This document shows, one piece after another, positions 55,294 to 62,073 of a stretch of DNA of 62,073 bases; position 1 is the stretch's first letter; every line of letters starts with the position of its first letter. Position numbers and translations under genes: made by a program. Under the pieces are notes generated by a model. It did not search any database, was not told the origin of the DNA, and worked only from the letters and a program-made list of their open reading frames with translations. The DNA lies in NCBI GenBank assembly GCA_035530075.1, contig DATKVM010000007.1:1-62073 (forward strand). The letters are read 5' to 3'. Source of the DNA: Patescibacteria group bacterium (GTDB lineage Bacteria > Patescibacteriota > Microgenomatia > UM-FILTER-40-11).

Positions 55294-55881
55294 TTATTCC
55301 ATCAGACGAAACCAGTCTCTCACAGCAAGACGAAGTCGTAAAATCTCATCTTCTGCCAATAAGCAACAATGAGCAATGGGGCCTCGTAGTCTGTTAAGAA
55401 CAACCATAACATGTTCTACCGCTTTTACACTTGAGAAAGTTGCCCCAAAAACGTTCCAATTCGCCTTGATAATTTCTCCTAATTCACCAAAGGTACAAAA
55501 ATCGATTGGATCATCGGATCGAGGGGTCACTCCGGAATCTATTTCTTCTCTTTGCCTTTTTTCGGTTGCATTGCGAATGTCTCTTGGAATCCGCTGACTT
55601 TTCCACCAATCGACCCCGCTTCCGGTAACTAAAGTGTCTGTTATAAGACGCCGCACCGTTTTTTCAAGCGAATAAAAGACCTCATAATGAGGAGCCATTG
55701 CAGCCGCCTCGTTTCTTATGTCTTGCTCGATTTGAGGGTAATATTCCTTATCGGCTTCGATAATTTTAGTGTTCTCCCTGCCCAGATTTACTCCGTATCT
55801 TTGCTCGACCTGATCCAAATTGTGTCCAATAAGCTGACTCGTCATCGCAAAGTGGTTAAGAGCAGCTTTTAAGTGGTTCAT
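55294..55881 (-). CDS. HEPN-domain protein, Swt1-like (predicted RNase effector)
   Basis: 195 aa. It has a C-terminal LNRLRGPIAHCCLL (Rx4-6H) motif, and DFCTFGELGEIIKANWNVF upstream of it resembles the Swt1-like HEPN family. Confidence 0.65.
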   Translation of the reverse strand: MNHLKAALNHFAMTSQLIGHNLDQVEQRYGVNLGRENTKIIEADKEYYPQIEQDIRNEAAAMAPHYEVFYSLEKTVRRLITDTLVTGSGVDWWKSQRIPRDIRNATEKRQREEIDSGVTPRSDDPIDFCTFGELGEIIKANWNVFGATFSSVKAVEHVMVVLNRLRGPIAHCCLLAEDEILRLRLAVRDWFRLME

Positions 55882-56582
55882 TATTCTAAGAGGTGCTCCC
55901 GAAGACTCTTAAAGATTGCATCAAAAACAGCCACATCAGAGGTTGCTGGTAAATTCAAATTAATGACATAGCCCAATTTCAGATCAACCGGCGCTTTAGG
56001 AGTTTCGCTTGGTTTACTAGGTTCGATCCTTCGATTGACTTCGGCCGGAGGGGAAGTCTCTTTTTCTAAAGCAGTATCTTCGTCAAACACAGCAAAACTT
56101 CGTAATGCTTTAAAAGACCCCGATATCGCTTTTGTGGTTCGTGATTTGGAATCCAACCCTGTGGCTTGTATAATTACTCCCACCAACTCCCTATCGTTTA
56201 AGTCATGTACATGTTCGTTGATTTCATATAAAGGCGCATACCCTTTCTTCAAGGCTCCTGCCGCTGCTTTTCCACGGAGCGTGGGATTTCTAAACTCTTT
56301 ATACAACTCTGTAGGCGTTCCATCGCCATTTAAGAAACCTGTCCTTTTTAAAAAAGGGATGACTGGCCGGGGTGAACCTCCTTTGAGGTTAAGTTTTGTT
56401 GACAAGAAATCTTGTGTAAACCTTTCCGGAGTGGATGCAGCTTGAATGCGGTCAAGAGCTTTGGTGATTGCCCCACAAGAGATGACATAAGGGACGGGGA
56501 TAGAAGTGGGGTGCTTATCTTTAGGTGTTGCGCCTTTATTAGCCTCAGTGTTTTCTTCTGTGTTTATTTGTTCATCTGCCAT
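55881..56582 (-). CDS. DUF5343-domain protein
   Basis: 233 aa. PVPYVISCGAITKALDRIQAASTPERFTQDFL...FLKRTGFLNGDGTPTELYKEF matches my memory of DUF5343. Its stop overlaps the HEPN start by 1 nt (TAATG). Confidence 0.55.
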   Translation of the reverse strand: MADEQINTEENTEANKGATPKDKHPTSIPVPYVISCGAITKALDRIQAASTPERFTQDFLSTKLNLKGGSPRPVIPFLKRTGFLNGDGTPTELYKEFRNPTLRGKAAAGALKKGYAPLYEINEHVHDLNDRELVGVIIQATGLDSKSRTTKAISGSFKALRSFAVFDEDTALEKETSPPAEVNRRIEPSKPSETPKAPVDLKLGYVINLNLPATSDVAVFDAIFKSLREHLLE

Positions 56583-56740
56583 TTCTGTTTCATTGTATTC
56601 CCATAGTCCTCAAAAATCAATACTGCTTGGTAATATAAGTAACAAAGGACTGCTGGATATCTTTGTGTAAAGAGGGAAAAATCTATATGTCTCCTTGGGT
56701 GATGGGGAGGAGGGCGCCGGTCATGAGAAGCAAAAGATAG

Positions 56741-56776
56741 AAAGAAATCTATATTGCCTAAAGAAGTCTAATAAAG
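56741..56776 (-). repeat. Half-copy of the island spacer module (lacks the -10 half)
   Basis: The plus strand reads AAAGAAATCTATATTGCCTAAAGAAGTCTAATAAAG. It is most similar to 58864-58898 and lies immediately 3' of the 56777..57208 stop. Confidence 0.6.
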
Positions 56777-57208
56777 CTAACCGATGTTTTCATAGCGGCC
56801 GTCTTGATAGGGCGGAAAACAAACTTCATAAGCGACTAAGAAAGATTCCTTATCTGCTTCCCACTGCATCAGTTCCCCAATTTCGACGGTTACCGAAGAA
56901 GGTTCTTGCTGTTCGCCGCCGACAAGGTGAACCTCTGGCTTACCATTAAGCTTGGTTATGGTGAGCTTTCCTTTTCCGGACCTATATCCTTCAATTGTTC
57001 TGTCACCATTTAAAACTTTTTGCAAAGGAGTTTTACAACCTGGGGCAATTTTGATAATTCCCAAATCTTTTTTTGGATCTCTATCAAATGAATAAACCTT
57101 ACAATCTACACCATCGGCAACATGCATAGTTTTAACAAAAGAAACCACTTGTTCCTTTCCTTCAAAAGTAAAACTATTTATTGGTATCGAATTTTGTTCA
57201 ACGCTCAT
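56777..57208 (-). CDS. Cupin-like small protein
   Basis: 143 aa with a beta-rich pattern (...GIIKIAPGCKTP...GKGKLTI...VTVEIGELMQWEA...AYEVCFPPY) consistent with a cupin barrel. The match is weak. Confidence 0.4.
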   Translation of the reverse strand: MSVEQNSIPINSFTFEGKEQVVSFVKTMHVADGVDCKVYSFDRDPKKDLGIIKIAPGCKTPLQKVLNGDRTIEGYRSGKGKLTITKLNGKPEVHLVGGEQQEPSSVTVEIGELMQWEADKESFLVAYEVCFPPYQDGRYENIG

Positions 57209-57222
57209 ACTACAAGATTGAA

Positions 57223-57261
57223 TTTTACCACTTTCTGCTTGGGAAAGAAATCCATATTGCC
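57223..57261 (-). promoter_or_regulatory. Island spacer core, copy B
   Basis: The minus strand reads GGCAATATGGATTTCTTTCCCAAGCAGAAAGTGGTAAAA(T). TAAAAT lies 13 nt before the ATG at 57208. Confidence 0.55.
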
Positions 57262-57299
57262 AAAAGAACTAAAAAGCTAAAGGGGGGGTGGGGCATTGA

Positions 57300-57698
57300 T
57301 TATCTGACTTTAATACCTCTCCTTTTTAAGCCTTCCTCGCTTTCAAATTCGAGGTAGTTTTGGGTAAGTTCTTCACCTGCCTTTATATCCCGGGTTGCCA
57401 CTAAATAGGCGTCTTTTTGTTTGGGATCTTGGGTTAATGTGGCATTGAATGAATGATTAATAAATTTCGAATTATCAAAATCAACATGCCAGACGTTGTT
57501 TAGTTTATCCCAAAAGCCCCAATATCTAATTTCCCTTTTTTCTTTTTCGTCTAGGGAATCGAATTGTTCCTGGGTAATATTTACATCCAAAAGGGGACTG
57601 GCTGAATATACCAGTTGTCCTTTTCTTACATCTTCATCGGCAAATAATCCAATTCCGTGAAGTTTTGATTTATCGAGTTTATATTTAATATGAATCAT
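57300..57698 (-). CDS. SET-domain protein (putative lysine methyltransferase)
   Basis: 132 aa with GIGLFA, FINHSFNAT (NHS) and GEELTQNY (ELxxxY) motifs. Confidence 0.7.
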   Translation of the reverse strand: MIHIKYKLDKSKLHGIGLFADEDVRKGQLVYSASPLLDVNITQEQFDSLDEKEKREIRYWGFWDKLNNVWHVDFDNSKFINHSFNATLTQDPKQKDAYLVATRDIKAGEELTQNYLEFESEEGLKRRGIKVR

Positions 57699-57741
57699 TC
57701 ATTTGGCCGGTTTGCTACTTGCCAGGTTAAGTTAGTCTCAA

Positions 57742-57780
57742 TTTTACTACTTTCTGCTTGGGAAAGAAATCCAGGTTGCC
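57742..57780 (-). promoter_or_regulatory. Island spacer core, copy C
   Basis: The minus strand reads GGCAACCTGGATTTCTTTCCCAAGCAGAAAGTAGTAAAA(T). It lies about 42 nt upstream of the SET gene ATG. Confidence 0.55.
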
Positions 57781-57840
57781 TGCAAATAATTATCGAAGGT
57801 AATAGAAATATCTTTGTGAGATATAATATAATGGACATTA

Positions 57841-58827
57841 ATGAAATTTCGCATCATCCTTTTTATTCTGATCCCTGTCTTCATAATTATTGTTTCTGCT
57901 GTAGGATTAAGCTATTTCACCTTGAAAAAAGGAGATTCCTATTTTGATCAAGGAAATTATTCTCAAGCAGCTAAGTTTTATCAATTATCAAATATTCTCT
58001 CTCTAAGTTTAAACAAAAGAGCTAAGGTTAGAATGCAAAATTCTCTAAATGAACTACTGAAAACAGGAAATAATCCGTCTTCTTTGCAGTCATCATTAAC
58101 TATTCCTCTTAATGAAATATCTGTCATCAACAAAAGGGTGGTAAGCAAAGATTATTCAAACGGTAATAGAAGTATAACTATCAGTGCTATTGTTAAAAAC
58201 AACTCAGACATTGGTATTCCTGCCGTAAATATAAAAAGGATAACTATGTACGATGAGGATCATAAAAAAGTAGCTGAAAAAACAGAATTTGAAGATGGGT
58301 CTTTTATGATTGTTGGTCGAGGAGAAATGCCTTTTTCTCTAAGTTTTTCTGTCGAAACGCCTAAGCTGATTGAAGTAAAAGATTTTGACCTCGAACTTAA
58401 AATACCTTCTTTTAAGCCAACTAGCCGTTCTATAAGATTAAAGGCAACCAATCCTGTTCGATTATCGACTGAGACTAGTGATGTGTATCTGGAAAAAGGT
58501 AAAGTTTATAATTTCGAATATAAAACAACACTCACTAATGATACCGATAAGATTGTTGAGAATATTCGACGAGTTTCTTTCTTGAAACATAAAGGTTTTA
58601 CTTTAACAAGAATAGGAGAAGCTTGTTGTACACAGGTAAGTTTTAGAAACGACGGTGGAAATTCTGGAGGATTGAATCTAAACAAAGTTACCTACGACTA
58701 TTCTTTAAATCCAGGTGAAAGCAGAGATTACATCTTTAAAATTTTAACCGATCCTTTATTGATTGATAGTTTAATAAATCCATCTGAAATTGAGCTTGTC
58801 ACTTACTTCATTGGTTCAACGAAATAA
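57841..58827 (+). CDS. Membrane-anchored hypothetical protein
   Basis: 328 aa with an N-terminal TM, a short TPR-like stretch (GDSYFDQGNYSQAAKFYQLS) and then a beta-rich region. It is the only sizeable plus-strand gene in the island and has a TATAAT upstream. Confidence 0.5.
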   Translation: MKFRIILFILIPVFIIIVSAVGLSYFTLKKGDSYFDQGNYSQAAKFYQLSNILSLSLNKRAKVRMQNSLNELLKTGNNPSSLQSSLTIPLNEISVINKRVVSKDYSNGNRSITISAIVKNNSDIGIPAVNIKRITMYDEDHKKVAEKTEFEDGSFMIVGRGEMPFSLSFSVETPKLIEVKDFDLELKIPSFKPTSRSIRLKATNPVRLSTETSDVYLEKGKVYNFEYKTTLTNDTDKIVENIRRVSFLKHKGFTLTRIGEACCTQVSFRNDGGNSGGLNLNKVTYDYSLNPGESRDYIFKILTDPLLIDSLINPSEIELVTYFIGSTK

Positions 58828-58863
58828 TTATTTGTTAGATTCGATTTGAAAAAATAGCCTCTC

Positions 58864-58898
58864 GAAAGCAAATCTATGTTGCCTTGAGAAGTCTAATA
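58864..58898 (-). repeat. Half-copy of the island spacer module (lacks the -10 half)
   Basis: The plus strand reads GAAAGCAAATCTATGTTGCCTTGAGAAGTCTAATA. It lies 3' of the 58920.. gene, where the next gene is convergent. Confidence 0.6.
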
Positions 58899-58919
58899 TG
58901 GCCAACCAATAAGGGGTTA

Positions 58920-59642
58920 TTAGATAGGATTAGGTAAAATTCCGGCTTTCCCTCTTTCGCCGCTAGAAAGACTTTCGTAGTACGCCCAGAGTCTAGGGGC
59001 TTTTTCTCTAAGAGCAGCAATTACTTCGCGATACATTGTCCGACAATTTTCTTCTTTAAGTATTCCAGGTTCCAAAGTATGTCCTAAAATTTCTTTAGGG
59101 TCAACCCCAGATTCATAAGCAGCTTCTGAAAGCCTGGCGAGAAGTTCGATAGGGTCTTTTGACACTTTTGCAACCTTTTCTACGGTATCCATTGCTTGAA
59201 AATATCTTTCGGCAGTCCGACCATCTCCTCTTCCTGCTATTTCAATAAAAACTCTTGGAAGAGCATATCCCCATAAGGTTGACAGAGGAGACATTTCTGA
59301 AAAATGAGATTCTGGAACGGTTCCTGGTTCAAAATAGCCAACTGGTTCATCTGGAAGGCGAACGGTGGAAGAAACGAGCAAATTATAAAGCTCAGGATTT
59401 ACCCTACTCGCAGTTTCGCAAATTATCGATTTAAAGACAAAATCACATTCGTCATATCTTCTTCTTGTCCATTCAAGGCCATATTGACCTGAAACCTTAC
59501 CAGGCATTGGGCAAGATTGACGCCAAGCCGAGACTCTCAAGCGGTCTTCAGAAGACAAATCCATAATAGTCGGGTCATCACCCATAAAGGTACCTCTTCC
59601 AAATGATTCAGGTGTGAGAAATTTGTCAAGTTCTTTTCCCAT
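58920..59642 (-). CDS. Hypothetical protein
   Basis: The ORF is open to the TTG at 59669. I prefer the ATG at 59642 because TATAAT (59655-59650) sits 7 nt upstream. The ATG at 59651 is an alternative. No family was recognised. Confidence 0.45.
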   Translation of the reverse strand: MGKELDKFLTPESFGRGTFMGDDPTIMDLSSEDRLRVSAWRQSCPMPGKVSGQYGLEWTRRRYDECDFVFKSIICETASRVNPELYNLLVSSTVRLPDEPVGYFEPGTVPESHFSEMSPLSTLWGYALPRVFIEIAGRGDGRTAERYFQAMDTVEKVAKVSKDPIELLARLSEAAYESGVDPKEILGHTLEPGILKEENCRTMYREVIAALREKAPRLWAYYESLSSGERGKAGILPNPI

Positions 59643-59693
59643 AAACTGCATTATATCATTTGAATTCAAAATTAAGGCCGACTAAGCTAGTGT

Positions 59694-59729
59694 TCTTTTT
59701 TCTGCTTGGGAATGAAATCTATGCTATCG
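59694..59729 (-). promoter_or_regulatory. Island spacer core, copy E (degenerate)
   Basis: The minus strand reads CGATAGCATAGATTTCATTCCCAAGCAGAAAAAAAGAA. The GTAGTAAAAT part is replaced. Confidence 0.4.
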
Positions 59730-59831
59730 AAAATCAGGAAGCTAAAAGAGAAAAGAGATTAAGAAGAGGAAAAACAAAGAAAAAATACAGCTGAAATGTT
59801 GAACGAGCCAGTCTAGGGCTTGCCTGCAAAC

Positions 59832-60008
59832 TCACAAAACAGTATTAGCTAAAATTAAGATCAGGATCCAGATCGCAATTCCTATGATCCCATAAGTTTT
59901 CCAGTGTTCACGAGAAGGTTTTTCACTACCTAAAAGCCAGGCGGGGATATGTGAAGCATTTAAAAACAAGGCACCTAAGAGGAAAAGCACAAAAAACAAT
60001 ATTTTCAT
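59832..60008 (-). CDS. Small 2-TM membrane protein (58 aa), below the ORF-track cutoff
   Basis: MKILFFVLFLLGALFLNASHIPAWLLGSEKPSREHWKTYGIIGIAIWILILILANTVL. It fills an otherwise empty slot between two spacer cores. Confidence 0.45.
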   Translation of the reverse strand: MKILFFVLFLLGALFLNASHIPAWLLGSEKPSREHWKTYGIIGIAIWILILILANTVL

Positions 60009-60078
60009 TCGATTTTTTCTTTCTTGTCGTTTAGTATCCTATTTAAATTCTATGTCTATCAAAATAAAAAGTCAAAAA

Positions 60079-60117
60079 TTTTACTACTTTCTGCTTGGGA
60101 AAGAAATCTATGTTGCC
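60079..60117 (-). promoter_or_regulatory. Island spacer core, copy F
   Basis: The minus strand reads GGCAACATAGATTTCTTTCCCAAGCAGAAAGTAGTAAAA(T). Confidence 0.55.
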
Positions 60118-60144
60118 TAAAAGTGCTTGAAGTAATTAAAAAGC

Positions 60145-61092
60145 TTAGGCCACGAGGTTAACTGGCTTGCCTTGGGCGAGGGAAACGAGGCTCTCGGTCC
60201 AGATTTCGGAAGCTTTTTCCAAAGCCTCTTTGGTATACCAGGCAAAAGGCTTTAAACCAATGGCCGTTTCAACTTGTGAAAGTGGACCGGAGGCCAAATC
60301 GTCCCCCTCATAAGCATAAGAGGTAACTTTACCGCTTTTTAAAGCCTCTGCCATGGCTTTCTCATCAACAAGTTCTCGGGTAGCCAGATTAACCACGATT
60401 ACTCCATTTTTCATTTTGTTAAGCTGTTCCACCGAAATCAGATTTTCCGTTTCCTTGTTGTGGGCAACATTAATGGAAATTGCATCGGCCTGGGATAAAA
60501 CCTCATCCAAGGACTTTTCCTCCACGAAACCAAGATTCTTCGGCGTCCGGCTAAAGCCAATTACTTTCATCCCAATAGCATTTCCCAACTCGGCCACTCT
60601 CGCCCCAATATGGCCTAAACCAATCATTCCCAAAGTTTTACCTTTGAGTTCAAAGCCCATTTCCGAAACATATTTAGCCTGCTGGGTTCTCCGGTCGGAA
60701 ATCAAAATCTTTTTGGCCAGACAAACCAGCAATCCCAAAACATGTTCGGCCACCGATTCAGTGGAGTAATAAGGAACGTTGGTAACAAGAAGACCTCTTT
60801 TTCGACAATAATCCAAATCAATCCAACTAAAAGAGGTTGACGCTAAAGCCACTCCTTTTAAGTTGGGAAGACTTTCCAGGAGTTTGGTTAAATTACCGGC
60901 CATTGCCTTCTCAAACCCGCCAAGATTATCGGGGTCGGCTCCCAGAATTTCTGAACCCGCCGCCAGCTTAATTAAATCTTCAAGAGGAAATTCGTCTCGA
61001 GAGTTGGTGTATACAACTCCTCCCAACTGAGAAAGCTTTTTTTGTTGTTCTGGGGTAAATCCTGACTGGGGCGAAAGAATAGTTATTTTCAT
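60145..61092 (-). CDS. D-isomer-specific 2-hydroxyacid dehydrogenase family protein
   Basis: 315 aa. It has the NAD-binding site GMIGLGHIGARVAE and the typical catalytic/NAD domain order. Confidence 0.8.
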   Translation of the reverse strand: MKITILSPQSGFTPEQQKKLSQLGGVVYTNSRDEFPLEDLIKLAAGSEILGADPDNLGGFEKAMAGNLTKLLESLPNLKGVALASTSFSWIDLDYCRKRGLLVTNVPYYSTESVAEHVLGLLVCLAKKILISDRRTQQAKYVSEMGFELKGKTLGMIGLGHIGARVAELGNAIGMKVIGFSRTPKNLGFVEEKSLDEVLSQADAISINVAHNKETENLISVEQLNKMKNGVIVVNLATRELVDEKAMAEALKSGKVTSYAYEGDDLASGPLSQVETAIGLKPFAWYTKEALEKASEIWTESLVSLAQGKPVNLVA

Positions 61093-61099
61093 TGCATTA

Positions 61100-61139
61100 A
61101 TTCTACTACTTTCTGCCTAGGAAAGAAATCTATGTCAGC
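61100..61139 (-). promoter_or_regulatory. Island spacer core, copy G
   Basis: The minus strand reads GCTGACATAGATTTCTTTCCTAGGCAGAAAGTAGTAGAAT. TAGAAT lies 7 nt before the ATG at 61092. Confidence 0.55.
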
Positions 61140-61164
61140 TTGAAAGCTAAAAGGGGAAGTGGGG

Positions 61165-61737
61165 TTATTTGGAGGTTAAGAATTCTACTAATTCAGGAAA
61201 TTGCTCTGTTTTCATATCTTTTAAAGTAAAATGGCCTTTGTTTTCAAACTCCTGGGTTTGGATATTTTTATCCGCCGCCAAGATTTGCTCGACACTGGTT
61301 AAGATATATTGCTCGTCATCTTTAGAATAAAAAACACATAACCCGTCGGTTTGTTTACTTAAATTTCTCTTTATCTCAAAATTAAAAAAGTCGGATTTAA
61401 CCTCATTGTGTTTGGGGTCCATAAAGGGAGCAACTAAGGCGACCTTTCCCACCTTGATATTATTCTCCGTTAACCACCTGACCAGAAATCCTGCGCCGCA
61501 ACTATGTCCTATTAGATATGTATCTTCATCAATTTTAAATTGTTCAAAAACTTTTAACCATTTTTTATAAACAGGTTCATATGGCTCAGGTAGTTCCGGC
61601 GTTTGGGCCAGAATTCCTTTTAAAACCAATTGTCTTTGGACCCAAGGCAACCAATGTTTATTCGACTGAGAAGGACTTTTAGGGTTGAAGTACTCCTTTT
61701 TTGAAGGCATCCCATGAAGAATAATTGCGGTTTTCAT
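61165..61737 (-). CDS. Alpha/beta hydrolase, YdeN/RBBP9-like serine hydrolase
   Basis: 190 aa. It has an N-terminal ILHG, the nucleophile elbow GHSCG, and a size typical of the YdeN family. Confidence 0.65.
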   Translation of the reverse strand: MKTAIILHGMPSKKEYFNPKSPSQSNKHWLPWVQRQLVLKGILAQTPELPEPYEPVYKKWLKVFEQFKIDEDTYLIGHSCGAGFLVRWLTENNIKVGKVALVAPFMDPKHNEVKSDFFNFEIKRNLSKQTDGLCVFYSKDDEQYILTSVEQILAADKNIQTQEFENKGHFTLKDMKTEQFPELVEFLTSK

Positions 61738-61748
61738 TTTGTGCCTTC

Positions 61749-61788
61749 ATTCTACTACCTTCTGCTTGGGAAAGAAATCTAGGTTGAC
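61749..61788 (-). promoter_or_regulatory. Island spacer core, copy H
   Basis: The minus strand reads GTCAACCTAGATTTCTTTCCCAAGCAGAAGGTAGTAGAAT. TAGAAT lies 11 nt before the ATG at 61737. Confidence 0.55.
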
Positions 61789-61836
61789 TTAAAGTCTGGG
61801 AGCTAAAGAGGGTAGGGAATTATTGGAGAAGATAGT

Positions 61837-62073
61837 TCAGGCTTGAATGATTCTTTCCTCACCCAAAACTCTCACCTTGTTATCTTCTACTAAGACTTCT
61901 TCACCGTTTTTCAAGAGATAAAGTTTCTTTCCCTGGTAATGCTTTTTGATGTATTCCAACATACTTTCTTCATAATGAGGGTAAATTTCAAAATCAACTA
62001 ACCCTAAACCTGGAATGACACTGGCTCCCGGTTCACCTTCCCCGAAATACCATTCGGTAGTATTTAGTTTATT
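61837..62073 (-). CDS. C-terminal part of a peptidase S51 (dipeptidase E)-like protein (5' end beyond the window)
   Basis: Open minus-strand frame to the window end with a TGA at 61839-61837. ...GLGLVDFEIYPHYEESM... resembles S51/class-I glutamine amidotransferase-like proteins. Confidence 0.45.
   Translation of the reverse strand, partial: NKLNTTEWYFGEGEPGASVIPGLGLVDFEIYPHYEESMLEYIKKHYQGKKLYLLKNGEEVLVEDNKVRVLGEERIIQA

Noticed and set aside
1442-61000. The many 60-170-aa track ORFs nested antisense or out of frame inside longer genes (for example 1442..1729, 5851..6234, 28368..28835, 34574..35086, 43664..44188, 60353..60769).
   Set aside because: Each is fully contained in a longer ORF with clear family signatures and has a low-complexity or atypical translation. 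They are treated as shadow ORFs.
56583-61836. The island spacer repeats as a CRISPR array or as integron attC sites.
   Set aside because: It is not a CRISPR array, because the repeats are 400-1200 nt apart and are separated by full ORFs. It does not look like attC, because I could not find the terminal RYYYAAC / GTTRRRY inverted core sites or a long imperfect dyad spanning the element. No integrase or attI is in the window, although an integron-like mechanism beyond the window edge cannot be excluded.
1-62073. Alternative genetic code (UGA recoding, as in some candidate phyla).
   Set aside because: Long conserved genes (dnaE, ppsA, eno, gatA/B) are intact with the standard code and many end in TGA. 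There is no sign of in-frame stop read-through.

Overview
This 62,073-nt window comes from a compact bacterial genome with short spacers, many 1-4 nt gene overlaps and standard stop codons. The gene content suggests an uncultivated Patescibacteria/CPR-like lineage, but that is inference only. Supporting genes are PolX-PHP, gatC-gatA-gatB, an archaeal-type ApgM next to enolase, PEP synthase, an orphan family-5 solute-binding protein, GT-C/GT2 membrane glycosyltransferases and many secreted or anchored unknowns. Positions 1-48.3 kb are mostly housekeeping. Replication and repair genes are polX, dnaE, a holA-like gene, ruvC, mug, rnhB and lexA. Translation genes are gatCAB, rplS, rsmI and three tRNAs. 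Sugar and glycolysis genes are eno, apgM, PMM/PGM, PGI/PMI and ppsA. Envelope genes are lgt, secG, htpX and lemA. Positions 48.4-62 kb are an almost entirely minus-strand accessory region. It holds a proteasome-beta-like Ntn hydrolase, an 812-aa double LamG-like secreted protein, a radical-SAM enzyme with an atypical CX4CX2C motif and an ABC-2 exporter. It also holds a translationally coupled DUF5343 + Swt1-like HEPN pair, followed by a run of short unrelated genes separated by one conserved spacer module (promoter/operator-like core plus C-rich tail). Four non-coding signals stand out. The first is a UAG-rich hairpin with 41-nt arms between tRNA-Asp and polX. The second is a 155-nt structured segment 3' of tRNA-Asp. 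The third is a palindromic promoter-like module shared by lemA and two tRNA genes. The fourth is a set of at least eight genes with a -10 box only 6-8 nt from the start codon (leaderless-type). No rRNA, CRISPR array, transposase, integrase or reverse transcriptase was recognised.
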